64,000 nucleotides of DNA, from assembly GCA_051294375.1 (NCBI GenBank), contig CM119271.1, forward strand, positions 9,269,455-9,333,454, written 5' to 3'. Source of the DNA: Paraspadella gotoi (Eukaryota > Animalia > Chaetognatha). Every line of letters starts with the position of its first letter. Position 1 is the stretch's first letter. Below are positions 1 to 13,210 of this stretch, piece by piece. Both the position numbers and the translations under genes were made by a program. The notes under the pieces are model-generated. The model was not told the DNA's origin. It saw only the letters and a list, made by a program, of their open reading frames with translations, and did not search any database.

Positions 1-77
1 TCCATCGATATAAGTTACTCCATCTCTCTCTGATTATAAAATCCCAGCGAATTTCCAGTCAAAATTTCCAGTCAAAA

Positions 78-164
<87 letters not shown>

Positions 165-1754
165 GGTAAACAAATCATAATAAATAAGCTCGAACGATCC
201 GCAAACACACAGACACACACTCTCGCAAAATAGGAGAATAAACAAAAAAAATTTGGGGAAGAAATTTTTCAAATTTTCTCAAAAAAGGAAACGTTCGGCC
301 CAAGAAAAATGAACGAAGCTTCTTCTAAAATTTTTATCATTTTTATTAATTTTTAATATAAATAAATATTAAGGATTTATAAAAGAAATAATTATTTATT
401 CTTTAATAAAAACAAATTCTTTAATTTATAAAAATAGATTTTTTGGAATTTATCTTAATCTTTTAAAAATAAATAATCTTTAATTCATTTAAAAATAATA
501 AAAAAATAATAAAAAGTATCCAAATATGATTTCAGATATATTTATAAAAAAATGATCAGTTTAACTGGTAAAACGACCAACCAAACCGACAGACCAATAA
601 GTACCATCTATGGTGATGCATCGACGCATCCACGAAGGCGTCTATTTCTTCGAGAGATAAAAAGAGAGAGAGTGAGAGAGAGAAAAGCCGCGTTTTTCGC
701 CCCTAATTCGATCAAAAGAGGTTTTTCTGCAAAAAGTAAACAACCTCGGAATTCCTGTGAGGGTGGAGAGGGTGGGGGGGGCGGTTGGGGGGGAGAGGAT
801 TGGGTGGGTTGAGACTCGATGATTGGGTGAGATCGGGGTGTCTGAAAATTGCAAGTGCAGCGATTTTGTTACTGGATTGTGATTGTGAAGAAGAGACGAA
901 ATGACATTCATAAGTAAAAAAAATCTAATAATTGCACTAAATAGAAATATACAAGTAACTAAAACTGAAGAAAAGTTACAGAAAATACAGCAAATAAAAA
1001 GATGGTTAATATCAGTTAATTTAATTTATTTAATTTCATTATAACAAAATTTAATGTGATTAGTTTATTTTAAAAAGGTTTTTTTTTATAAATGTAACGC
1101 ATGTGAGATTCTATCATTTATAATCCGTCAAGCGAGTTTAGAAAATTAGGGGGGTGGTGGACGAGGTGTTGGGCGCGTCAAAGATGTTCGCGGATGAATT
1201 TGGAGTTGAGGGTTGTGGAGGGATGGTCCAGGGGAGGGGGGCGATGTGTCTAACTGCGATAACAACCAGACAGAGAGAGAGAGAGAGATAGAGAAAGAGA
1301 AAAAACAAAAAGGGAAACTCAAAAACACTCTCTCTCTCCTCTCTCTCTCTCTCATCCTTCTCTCTCTCTCTCTCTCTTCTCTCATCTCTCTTCTCTCTCT
1401 CTCTCTCTCTGCTGATGATGGATAAAATCTGCGCTAAATCTGTCTAAATAAAACTCGGGATTTTAAAAGATAAAAAAAAATCACGGAAGTTTTTCTTTTT
1501 TCTTTTTAATTCAAAATCCAGTTTCAAAGTTTTTCAAAAAGTGTGAAGGGTGAATTCAATCAGAAAAAAAAAGAATTGTTTTCTCGTTTCAACAAACACA
1601 AAGCAATGAATAATTTTAATATTGTTAATATTAAATGAATGACGAGAAGAAAAAAAAAGGCAAGAGAAGGACGACGATTGAAAAGATGGCCGCGAGATGG
1701 CGGAGATAATTTTAGAATTCATAGGTTCTTTTTTTTTGTCAACGAGAATTCAAA

Positions 1755-1792
<38 letters not shown>

Positions 1793-3477
1793 TATGCATG
1801 ATGAAAAATACGGTTTTGACACGTGTCACATTTCAGAAAAAAAAACAATCGAGTTTACTCTAAATTTGTACATGAAATGTAAAAAAAAAAAGCACATGGC
1901 CGCTGGAGCTCGGAGTTTGTTTAAAATGAGCTACGTCTAAAAATTGTCAACATTATTATAAAAAAAAGACACAATTCTCTCTTCACACATCAAGGATTTC
2001 TCCGAAACCTCCCCCCCCTAATTTTTGTGATAACAAACAGATAGTTCGAAGAGATTAAATGAAAGATTTGAAAACTGTTTCGCGTTAAATAATATTTTTT
2101 CATTATTTTTTTTTTAAACTCGAGAATTAAAACTCATTACGAACGCTGTTCACTGTATCGCGTTGTGAGAAGTGGGGAATAAAAAATACACAAGCATCCG
2201 TTGGGTTAATGTTGTGACCACTGTATAAGTTGGGCGGTTTATTCGCTTAAGAATTTGTATTTTCATCTGTAATTTGTAAACGCGTCGAACAAAAACTCAT
2301 AGTTTTTAAATGTATATTTTTAAAAAACAAACAAAAGGCTTACTTCTTACTAGACGGGGAAAAAAAAGATAAATAACTTTTACTCAAATAATTTTCTATT
2401 TTACTGAAATTCTCTAAATTCCGGCTCTCTATAACTTCTCAGCCCGTTGGAGACCGTTGCTAAGAGCTTGTCGCTAAGGACGCGCATAAATTTGCGGAGA
2501 AAAACAAACAAATTCATCAGCGAAATTCCTGAGGGCGACGAAACCGAGGGGACTAACAAAACGGACACCTTGTCAAACAGACGAGTGGGGAAGAGGAGGA
2601 GGAAGCGGAGGGAGAAAAGGAGTGGAAGGAGGAAGAGGAGGAGGAAAATGAGAGGGAAGAGGAAGAGGAAAGGGAGGGGGGAGGAAGAAGAAGATAACAA
2701 GGAAAAGAATAGGAGACAGGAAGAGGAGGAGGTGGAGCTAGAGTATGGGGAAGAGGAAGAGGGAAAAAGTGGGCGTGTCTGTGAGGGACATTACTCTGAG
2801 AAAAGAAAACATGATAGCAGTTAAGGAGGTAATTTTTTTCGGGGGCTGATGATATTCTTTATTTATTTTTTATTCCTTTTAGTATTCTAAATTTGATTTT
2901 TTAAAATTTTTCTGTTATCTTTGTTGGAAAAAAGACGCCTGAGTAAATAAACACGAAAATAAAGGAAAAAAGAAAATAAAAAAAATAAATTAAAGAATTT
3001 TGAAAAAAAAATTATGAAATAAAGAAAATCCATTTTCTTTTAAATAAAAATAATCTTTTCCGTGATTCTATTACGACAAGATCCGAAACAAAGAATGACA
3101 ATGATAGATGATGATAATGACTTTGAGAATGATAACAATTGATTATGATGATGGCAACGATAAAAATGATTGAATGTGAGCAACAACAATTTAAAATGAT
3201 AGTCAGATGAGATTGAGTGATAATGATAGTCATTGAGATGATTCGATGAGATATGAGTTATAATGATAGTCGATTTTAAACGTCGTACAAAATGACGGTT
3301 TAAATGACAAGAAAAAAAAAATGATGATAAAAAATGACTGAAAGAATTATTTTCTTGCTTTAAGAGACAAAGAGCGCGACTTTCACCGAAAATATTCACT
3401 TTGAAGTCTCACACTCGCTCTCCTTCCAAAATCTAACGCGAACTCTCAGTAAAAACCGTTACGTTAAGTTAAAAAAA

Positions 3478-6400
3478 NNNNNNNNNNNNNNNNNNNNNNN
3501 NNNNNNNNNNNNNNNNNNNNNNNNNNNNNNNNNNNNNNNNNNNNNNNNNNNNNNNNNNNNNNNNNNNNNNNNNNNNNNNNNNNNNNNNNNNNNNNNNNNN
3601 NNNNNNNNNNNNNNNNNNNNNNNNNNNNNNNNNNNNNNNNNNNNNNNNNNNNNNNNNNNNNNNNNNNNNNNNNNNNNNNNNNNNNNNNNNNNNNNNNNNN
3701 NNNNNNNNNNNNNNNNNNNNNNNNNNNNNNNNNNNNNNNNNNNNNNNNNNNNNNNNNNNNNNNNNNNNNNNNNNNNNNNNNNNNNNNNNNNNNNNNNNNN
3801 NNNNNNNNNNNNNNNNNNNNNNNNNNNNNNNNNNNNNNNNNNNNNNNNNNNNNNNNNNNNNNNNNNNNNNNNNNNNNNNNNNNNNNNNNNNNNNNNNNNN
3901 NNNNNNNNNNNNNNNNNNNNNNNNNNNNNNNNNNNNNNNNNNNNNNNNNNNNNNNNNNNNNNNNNNNNNNNNNNNNNNNNNNNNNNNNNNNNNNNNNNNN
4001 NNNNNNNNNNNNNNNNNNNNNNNNNNNNNNNNNNNNNNNNNNNNNNNNNNNNNNNNNNNNNNNNNNNNNNNNNNNNNNNNNNNNNNNNNNNNNNNNNNNN
4101 NNNNNNNNNNNNNNNNNNNNNNNNNNNNNNNNNNNNNNNNNNNNNNNNNNNNNNNNNNNNNNNNNNNNNNNNNNNNNNNNNNNNNNNNNNNNNNNNNNNN
4201 NNNNNNNNNNNNNNNNNNNNNNNNNNNNNNNNNNNNNNNNNNNNNNNNNNNNNNNNNNNNNNNNNNNNNNNNNNNNNNNNNNNNNNNNNNNNNNNNNNNN
4301 NNNNNNNNNNNNNNNNNNNNNNNNNNNNNNNNNNNNNNNNNNNNNNNNNNNNNNNNNNNNNNNNNNNNNNNNNNNNNNNNNNNNNNNNNNNNNNNNNNNN
4401 NNNNGGGAGGGGGAGAGAGAACGAGAGGAGGAGAAGGAGGAAAGGTACGGAAATCGAAATTAAATTTTCATTACATTTTCAAGTTGAAGATATGTAAACT
4501 TTGTATATGTTTTAAATATTAAACTCGGTTAATCACTATTGACTAATGACTATATTCGGAGTCGGACATTATATAAAAGATGATTCGGCGTTATTTATTT
4601 CATGTTCCGTTTTCTGTTCGACGTCATTCGCTTTAGGTCAAAAAAAGTTTGGAGTCATTTAGAACGAAAACTCGGGAGTGACAAGCTACAAGTTTCGCTA
4701 GTAACTTCCAAGTTTGTTTTTTTTTCATAAAAGAGGGAAAAAAAAGGGAAACAAGGGAAAAAAAAGAAAGAAAACAGAAAACAAAAACTGAAAAGAGAAA
4801 ACAAAAAGTGTCAAAGTGAGAAAAAAAATGAGACTCATCTCCTCGTTTTTCTTTGGCGATGAAGTCGAGATTCTAATCTCGAGGAAAAATGGGGAAAGAA
4901 GAGGAAAAGACAAAGGAAAAGACAAGGGAAAAGAATCTTAAAAGACAAGAAAAAGACAAGAGAAATGATATAAATGAAGAATATGAGGGAAAGTAAGATG
5001 ATTAGACAAAAGGACAAGACAAAAGATAAATATAAAGGAAAAGACAACTAAAAAGACAAAAAAGAAAGGAAAAGACAACGAAAATTAAATAAAGGAAGAA
5101 AAAGACAAGAAAATTACCAGAGGAATTACGAAGGAGATAAGAAAATAAAAACAGAATAATAGGAAAAGACAATGGAGAAAAGCAAAGGAAAAAAAGAAAC
5201 GACAAAGATAAAAAGATAAAAAGAAACTTACTAAGAAAAAGACGTTAAAAAGGACAGAGAAAAAGACAAAGAAATGAATAAACGAAAAAAAACAAAGGCC
5301 AGTTAAATTATTTTCTCTGAAATATACTAAAATAGTACTTAACATTTAACAAAATTACATATCAAACAAAAAGAAACAAAGTAAAAAAAGCCAAAACAAT
5401 AAAAAAAAACACAAAACATGACAAAAACAAAGTAGAAAAGCGAAAACGAATGATGCGCGCAAGAAGTAGACATGGGGCGAAAAATGGGAAAAANNNNNNN
5501 NNNNNNNNNNNNNNNNNNNNNNNNNNNNNNNNNNNNNNNNNNNNNNNNNNNNNNNNNNNNNNNNNNNNNNNNNNNNNNNNNNNNNNNNNNNNNNNNNNNN
5601 NNNNNNNNNNNNNNNNNNNNNNNNNNNNNNNNNNNNNNNNNNNNNNNNNNNNNNNNNNNNNNNNNNNNNNNNNNNNNNNNNNNNNNNNNNNNNNNNNNNN
5701 NNNNNNNNNNNNNNNNNNNNNNNNNNNNNNNNNNNNNNNNNNNNNNNNNNNNNNNNNNNNNNNNNNNNNNNNNNNNNNNNNNNNNNNNNNNNNNNNNNNN
5801 NNNNNNNNNNNNNNNNNNNNNNNNNNNNNNNNNNNNNNNNNNNNNNNNNNNNNNNNNNNNNNNNNNNNNNNNNNNNNNNNNNNNNNNNNNNNNNNNNNNN
5901 NNNNNNNNNNNNNNNNNNNNNNNNNNNNNNNNNNNNNNNNNNNNNNNNNNNNNNNNNNNNNNNNNNNNNNNNNNNNNNNNNNNNNNNNNNNNNNNNNNNN
6001 NNNNNNNNNNNNNNNNNNNNNNNNNNNNNGAGAAATAATCACAGAAACAAAGCGTTTGAGATTCAAGAAAAAAATTCTTTTTCCACCCAAAATAGAAAAT
6101 ATTCAATCTTGAGTTCAGAGGTTTTATCCGGAAATAGGACGAGGAAATTGAATTGTGAGAGGGAAAAAATACAATATAAGAGAAGAATTTATAAATATAA
6201 AATAAAAGAAAACATAAAAGACGAAAAGAAATGTAAAAAAGAAAAGGAAATATGTCGTGAAGTAAAAAGGGCAGAGGGATTTTTTAAAAATGAAATCTTG
6301 GCTCTTGAGGAGAGAAAGCGTCACANNNNNNNNNNNNNNNNNNNNNNNNNNNNNNNNNNNNNNNNNNNNNNNNNNNNNNNNNNNNNNNNNNNNNNNNNNN

Positions 6401-6855
6401 NNNNNNNNNNNNNNNNNNNNNNNNNNNNNNNNNNNNNNNNNNNNNNNNNNNNNNNNNNNNNNNNNNNNNNNNNNNNNNNNNNNNNNNNNNNNNNNNNNNN
6501 NNNNNNNNNNNNNNNNNNNNNNNNNNNNNNNNNNNNTGAGAAAAAGGGAAGAGGAGTAAAGCAAATAGACAAACCCATTAATCATCTCTGAAGGGATATA
6601 AAAAAAAAAGAAATATAACACGANNNNNNNNNNNNNNNNNNNNNNNNNNNNNNNNNNNNNNNNNNNNNNNNNNNNNNNNNNNNNNNNNNNNNNNNNNNNN
6701 NNNNNNNNNNNNNNNNNNNNNNNNNNNNNNNNNNNNNNNNNNNNNNNNNNNNNNNNNNNNNNNNNNNNNNNNNNNNNNNNNNNNNNNNNNNNNNNNNNNN
6801 NNNNNNNNNNNNNNNNNNNNNNNNNNNNNNNNNNNNNNNNNNNNNNNNNNNNNNN
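3478..6855. other. Cluster of assembly gaps (3478-4404, 5494-6029, 6326-6537, 6624-6855) downstream of the last visible prickle exon
   Basis: Runs of N. Confidence 0.99.
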
Positions 6856-7046
6856 AGACAAAGCGAGATCAAAGAGATACCGTGGTAAGGTTAAGGGTTA
6901 AAGTAAGAAAGGCCGCTCCCGCGCCAAAAACTGACTTTGACAAAGAGAGATAGAGGCAGAGAGAGAAGACAAAGATGGAGACAATGACAGAACTAGAAAT
7001 AGAGAAAGAGTCAAAATGAGAGAGACAGAGACTCTCTTCCACTCAC

Positions 7047-9213
7047 CTCGAATACAGATAAACGTCGTCTTCAGAATCGCTGCTGCTGGAGCAAGTGGAG
7101 CATCTGGACGAGACGCTGCGGTCGTCGTCGTCGTCCTCTTCCCGCCGTCGTTCGCTCTCCGACGGCGCCCTCCGCGGCTTGAGGGCGCTTTTCAGAGGGC
7201 GCGGCGTCGCGGGCCCCGCCGCTGGATTCGCCGCGGCCGGCGCCGCCGAGTCGGATTCCGCGCCGGGCGTCGCTTCGTAGAGATTGTTGTAAGGCGACGA
7301 CGACGACGACGCCGAGAGTCTCGAGCTCATCTGCCGCAAATGCTGCTGCGGAGGCTGCTGCGCCGCCGCGTCGCCGGCCGCGCTGGCCGCCATTGCCGAG
7401 GACGGACGGTGATTGGCCGAAGAATTGACCAATGAGAAACCGAGGTGATCGTCGGCCGACGTCAGCGGCGGAAAGTCTCGCTCGTGAAAGAGTTCGGATT
7501 GGTTGACGGCGGCGGCGGCGGCCGCGGGAGGCGACGCTGGCGGCGGCGGCATGACCGCCGGCGATTCCGATCTCGGCCGCGTCACCGAAGGCGGTCGCGG
7601 CGACGGAGGCGGATGAGGATGGGCGTGTTGGTGGACGACGTGGTGGGGGAGAGGTGGGTGGGGCTGGTGAAGATGCTGGAGATGAGGATGCGGTTGATGT
7701 TGATGGTGAGCGAGAGCGACTGGGTGATTCGACGTGAGCAGCATGGAGGAGGAAGAGGAAGAGGCGAGGTAAGAGTTGGTTGGAGGAAAACCCGCCGCGG
7801 CTGCGGCTGCTGCGGCGGCGGGGTGGATCTGCGGTTGGTGGATGATTTGATGATGCTGTAGAGGATGATGTTGTTGCGGTTGCTGTTGCTGTTGCTGTTG
7901 AGGAGGAGGATAGTTTCCGTGCCGCATGGCGGCGTTGGTGGATCGGATGTGGTGTTGATTCAACATGTGAGCCGACAGCGTCATCGGCACCGATGTCGGC
8001 GGAAGTGGCGCCGCCGATTGATGCTGCAAATGCTGCTGATGTTGATGCAGCAAATGCTGCGGCGTTGTTTGCGGCGTCGCGCCGGATTTTCCCGGCGCTA
8101 AATGATGAAATCCGGCGAATTGCGTCGCCGTCGACGGCGCTGATTCTCGCACCATTGGAATCATGGACGGTGGCGCCGGATAAACCTCCACGCCCACGAC
8201 GCCGGCGGTGCCACCGCAGCATGGCGCCCCGTTGTTCATCGAAGCGGCGTTGTTCGACGGCGGCGGCGCGGCTGCGGCGGCGTTCCTTCCGGCGCTCTTG
8301 ACGCCGCAACCGATGATCTCCTTGTCCCCGACTTTGCTGCAATTGCTCGTCTTGTAGGATTTGAGGTCGTTGGGTCCGTTGAAGTCGTTGGCGGCGAAAT
8401 TGCGCGACGCCGAGGACGACGTCAGTTTGTTGTTCTTCTCCGACGACGCCGTTTTCCCGGCGCGGTCGGCGTCGTCGTCGTTGACGTCGTCGCGCCTGTT
8501 GGAACTCGGACCCTTTTTCGATCGCTTCTTGAGGTCGAGGTGGGAAGGGCGAACTCCGCCGCCGACGCCGACGCCGCTGATCCGCGCGAACGACGCCGGA
8601 TCGACGTTTTTCGGCGTCGGGGCGTCTTCGTCGTCCTCGTCGTCCGTCTCAGAGTCTCGCCCAGCGTATTTGGACATGGGGTCGTTCTTGTCCTGTCCCA
8701 TGCTCTTGGATTTTCTCGTGGCGGCGACGTTGGCGCGGTGATGGCGTCCGAACTTTGATTTGTTGGCGTTGTTGACGTTCTTGTTTTTGACGTCGTCCTC
8801 GTTGGCGACGTCTTTGTCGGTTTCGTCGTCGTCGTAATCGTCGTCGTCGTCGTCGTCATCGCGAAATCGATTGACGTCGTCGCGATCCTTTTTATGATGA
8901 TGATGATGATGATGTCTTCGTCGTCGTCCGTTCTTGTTGTTGTTGTTGTTATTGAGGTTGTTGTTGTCCCGTTTGGGCGCTCCGTACAGATCTCGATCCC
9001 GCTCCGATTTGGACAGATCCGGCAGCGAGCCCCGCAGCATTTTCCGCCGCCGTCGGTGAAAGCTGCTCCGCTCCGCCATCTGCCGCTCGAGGTCGACGAC
9101 GGAAGATTTGGCGGCGGCGGCGGCGGAGGCGGCGGCGGGGGCGGCGGCGGAGGCGGCGGAGTTTTTGTCGAGGCCGGAGGAGCGGGAGGAGCCGACGCCG
9201 CGGGCGCAGGAGC
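7047..9213 (-). CDS. pk: Prickle large exon: end of LIM3 plus a ~720-aa low-complexity C-terminal region
   Basis: Acceptor tctccctcccaccccag|GC gives YCS-G-SCARG, which completes the last LIM3 CxxxC. It is in the same frame as ORF 7043..9331 and ends with the Prickle-type motif SRCSTCSSSSDSEDDVYLY, followed by consensus donor AG|gtgagt (phase 2). 2167 nt. Confidence 0.88.
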
Positions 9214-9934
9214 CTGGGGTGGGAGGGAGAGAGGGAGAGGGAGTGGATTGAGAGTGAGAGGGAGTTGGACTAACTGAAATACTGACTGCGATTTTATTTC
9301 GAATATTTGTCGAGTTAAATTGTGACTGCATCGTTTATTATTGCTTGTGGTTCTTTTTTTGATTGGGTAAAGGCTGAGCTTAAGGAAATGTAGAGAATGT
9401 ATATTACAAAATCGCCAATATGAACAAACGTTGAGAAAAGTTTTCGTTCATAATCACGCAATGTTGCAGGTTTGTTTGATAAAAAAAAATCCTTGTAAAG
9501 TTCGTTTTTCAAAGAAAAATGAAAAAAAAAGAAACCTAATACAAAAACAAAAAAAACAAAAAAAACTAGCAGAAACAGAAAAAAAAAACGAATTAAATTC
9601 GTTAAGCCGGTAAAATATTCCTGCCTTCCTAATTGTTTCCAGACTTTTTTAAAAAAGGAAAAAAAAAACAAAACAAAATAAAAAGAGAAAAACTAATTCG
9701 AAAATTAAAAGTAAAAAGAAAAGAAATTCACTGACAAAAAAAAAATGCGAAAAGAAAAGGAAAAAAAGTCCGCCATTTTTTTTTGAGTCACGAAACTGAG
9801 AAATCGAAATCAACTTCTAAGTTTTAATTCGAAAAAAAAAAAAAATCTTAGAACACTTTTTTATTTTTTTCTTTTCCGACGGGTAATTGATTGACGACGG
9901 TAAAAAAAAAAGTTAAGAGAAGAAAATTTCTTAC

Positions 9935-10002
<68 letters not shown>

Positions 10003-10010
10003 TTCTCTCG

Positions 10011-10052
<42 letters not shown>

Positions 10053-10164
10053 CTCTCTCTTCCGTGATGAACATGAAATGGGAAGAAAAATTGTGGGCGG
10101 ATTGAAAAACATGTTTGAGCTCAATTGCCTTTCGAAACCCACGTCGTTGACTTGGGAAGAAATC

Positions 10165-10690
10165 TGGTCGTGCTGAGTCGTTTTTGTGAGTCGTTGTGAC
10201 GTCTCGTTGTTGCAGTCGTTGTGAGTCGTTTGAGTCGTTGTTGAGTGTGAGTCGTTGTGAGTCGTTGAAGTTGTGAGTCTTGTTCGTTTGTGAGTCGTTG
10301 TGAGTCGTTGTGAGTCGTTGTGAGTCGTTGTGAGTCGTTGTGAGTCGTTGTGAGTCGTTGCTGAGTCGTTGTTGAGTTGTTGTGAGTTGCTGTGAGTTGT
10401 GAGTTGGTTGTGAGTCCGCTTTGAAGTTACCTGTGAGATCACTGTGAAGTTGCTGTAAGTTGTGTGTGAGTTGTTGTGAGTCGTTGTGAGTCGTTAAACG
10501 ATTGTGAGTAGTTGTGAGTCGTTGTGAGTCTTGCTGAGTCGTTGTGAGTTCGCCTCGTGAGTCGTTGGTGAGTAGTTGTAGAGTCGTTTGATCGTGTGGA
10601 GTCGCTGTGAGTTGTTGTGAGTAGTTGTGAGTAGTTGTGAGTGTTTGTGAGTCGTTGTGAGTCGTTGTGAGTCGCCGAGTTGTTGTCCGT
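10165..10690. repeat. 10-bp minisatellite (TGAGTCGTTG)n
   Basis: Perfect units at about 10290-10360 with degenerate flanks. It produces the spurious THNDSQRLTT ORFs. Confidence 0.95.
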
Positions 10691-11017
10691 CGTCGTTTGT
10701 TTGTTCTTGTCCTCGTTTTCAACTTGCAATCTAAAAGTTGAATGTAGTTGAACAAAAAGCGAAAGTCTAATACAAAATAATGTAATTGTATATAAGAGAA
10801 AAATAAACCAAGTTTTGATAAATGCATCACTGAATAAACGAATGAATGAATGAATGAATAAACGAATGAATGAATAAACCGAACGAATACGATTAATATT
10901 ATATCTGCACTAATGATTTAAGAAAAAAAAAAACAATTATTCAATCGAATTAAATTAATGTACAATCGACGGTTAATCATTTTAAAATAAATCAAATTAA
11001 CCATATTGAATCCCTAC

Positions 11018-11152
11018 CCGAGCAATAGATGACTCCGTGTTTGGGCAGAAATGGTTTGCCCAGCAGAGAGACTTGGCAGGTGGCGCATCTGAAGCAGTCG
11101 TCCGTCGCGTGCCAGTGTTGTCCTTCGTGGGTCATTTGTCCTTGGTCCACGC
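11018..11152 (-). CDS. pk: Prickle exon, LIM domain 3 (not in the ORF track)
   Basis: Hand translation (G)[44 protein letters not shown](G). Acceptor ttaatcag|GC, donor TCG G|gtaggg (phase 1), 135 nt. Confidence 0.93.
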
Positions 11153-11778
11153 CTGATTAAGGGATGAAATGGACGTGGAATCTTTATATGTTTACGATTC
11201 TATTATTTTTTATATAATTAACATTTTTTGTTGAATTAAATATAACCAAGGAATATAATAATTGAGGATTTTTTAAGCTATGATTATTTTTATGATAACA
11301 ATAACAAACATACTCGATTATCTAATATATAAATAGAATTGAACAATGCATGAACTGATTACCCCTCGTGCCCATTAAGTACTGAAGATTATCTAATAAA
11401 AAGACCGATATTATTGAAAAAAATTGTTTTTTTTTCTTCCATAATGAAATCGTTCAGGCGTCAAATTTTCCCTGGCTCTTTATCTCTTTCTGCATCTCTC
11501 ACTCAATCTCTATCTCTCTTTTTATATACTATATACTATATATCTCTCTCTGCTCCTCTCTCTCTCTCTCTGCTCAGAGCGAGAGAGTATTACTAATGGA
11601 GCTCGGATTAAAATTCGTGTCTTCTTAATTCGAAATTAAGGGAAAGATTTTTAAAAAAAAGATAATTCGATTTTTCTTTGTCTCCTGGAGGCACGGATTT
11701 ATGTGGGGATGAATTTTGAGAGGGAGAGATAGGGAGGGAGAGAGAGAGAGAGAGGAGAAAGAAAGAGAGAGAGAAGAG

Positions 11779-11836
<58 letters not shown>

Positions 11837-13133
11837 AGAGAAATAAAGATGGAAAGATAGAAAGAGATAAATAGAGAGATTTTTTGCGACATAAAGCCAT
11901 AAATTTACCAATATATAAAATAATATATGACTAAAATTAATTTAAAGTGCTAAGCGAAAACGAGCGACAAGTAAAAAGAAAACCCAAAAGTAAGAAAAGA
12001 AACAATTAAAATTAAAAACAAGAAAAAAGCGCTAACTTAAAAAAACACAAAAAAAAAAAGAAGAATAAATAAAAAATTCTCAAGATATTGAAGAAAAGAA
12101 TAGAAGCGCGCATAAAATAAGCGGTTAATCATGGGTCCGACGGACGGTGCGCGGCAGAGAGAAGAGAGAGTCAGGAGAAGCGAGAGAGAGAGGAGAGAGG
12201 AAGAGAGAAGAGACGAGAGAGAAGAGAGAGAGAGAAAAAGGAAACAGAAGAGAAAAAAAAAGCTCACGCGTCTCGCAACTAAAGTGCGGTAATTGAAAAA
12301 AACTTTTCCTTTATCCTAATCCCTCTTCCTTGTTTCTTATTTTTTTTTTGCATCGTCATTTTCTTTCTTTTCCTTTCTTTTCTATTTCCTCTCTCTTTCT
12401 TTTTCTCTTCTTCTTTTTTCTTCCTCATCTTTTTATCCCAACTCCGTGAAAAAAGGAAGAAAAAAAATATCATATAGATGGACTTTGTTTTGAGCCCTTC
12501 GGGAGCAAAAGAAGGGAGGGAGGGCAAGAGGGAGAGAGAGAGAGCCAGAGAGAGAGAGAGAGAGAGACGAGAGAGAGAGAGAGAGATGGAACGAGAGAGA
12601 GAGAAAGCAGAAGGAGATAGAAAGAAGAGGGACAAAAAATAAAAGAAGAAACAAAGGAGAAAGAATATTTCAAAAAAAATAAAGAAAGAAATAAAAATTA
12701 AGAAGATAGAGACAGAGACAGAGAGAGAGCAAGGAGAGAGACAGAGACAGAGAGAGTGCGACAGACCACTCTCTCTCTCGCGATGCGACGCGAGACGAAG
12801 GAATGAAATTCAACAAGGAGAGAAAATTGTCACCGTTTGTTTAAGTCCTGATTAACGGGGGAAAAATAGAGCGCGCGGATAGAAGAGAGCAGAAGAGAGA
12901 CAGAGAGAGAGAGAGAGAGACGAGCAGAGAGCAGAGAGAGAGAGTCTTCCAAGTCCGTTTCCACATTCTCGATGATTCAACAAGGCCCGTCGACGGCGTG
13001 AAGGCGGGCGGCGTGGGGGAGACAGACGACGACGACCGACGACGACGACGACGACGACGACGGACGACGACGGAGATGTCCCGGCTTGAGAAGGGCATGC
13101 TGACGTTGGTACAAAAAAAAATAGTGGGTGTTT

Positions 13134-13171
<38 letters not shown>

Positions 13172-13176
13172 CTCTG

Positions 13177-13210
<34 letters not shown>

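Noticed and set aside
7016-9277. Overlapping alternative-frame and antisense ORFs, including the 423-aa ORF 7071..8342
   Set aside because: Shadow ORFs expected from a GC-rich, stop-poor coding exon with triplet repeats.
9214-9331. N-terminal 39 aa of the 762-aa ORF as a real start
   Set aside because: It is intronic. The polypyrimidine tract and AG at 9215-9214 splice in phase to the LIM3 exon.
9861-10830. THNDSQRLTT-repeat proteins
   Set aside because: Translation of a 10-bp minisatellite, open in several frames, inside an intron.
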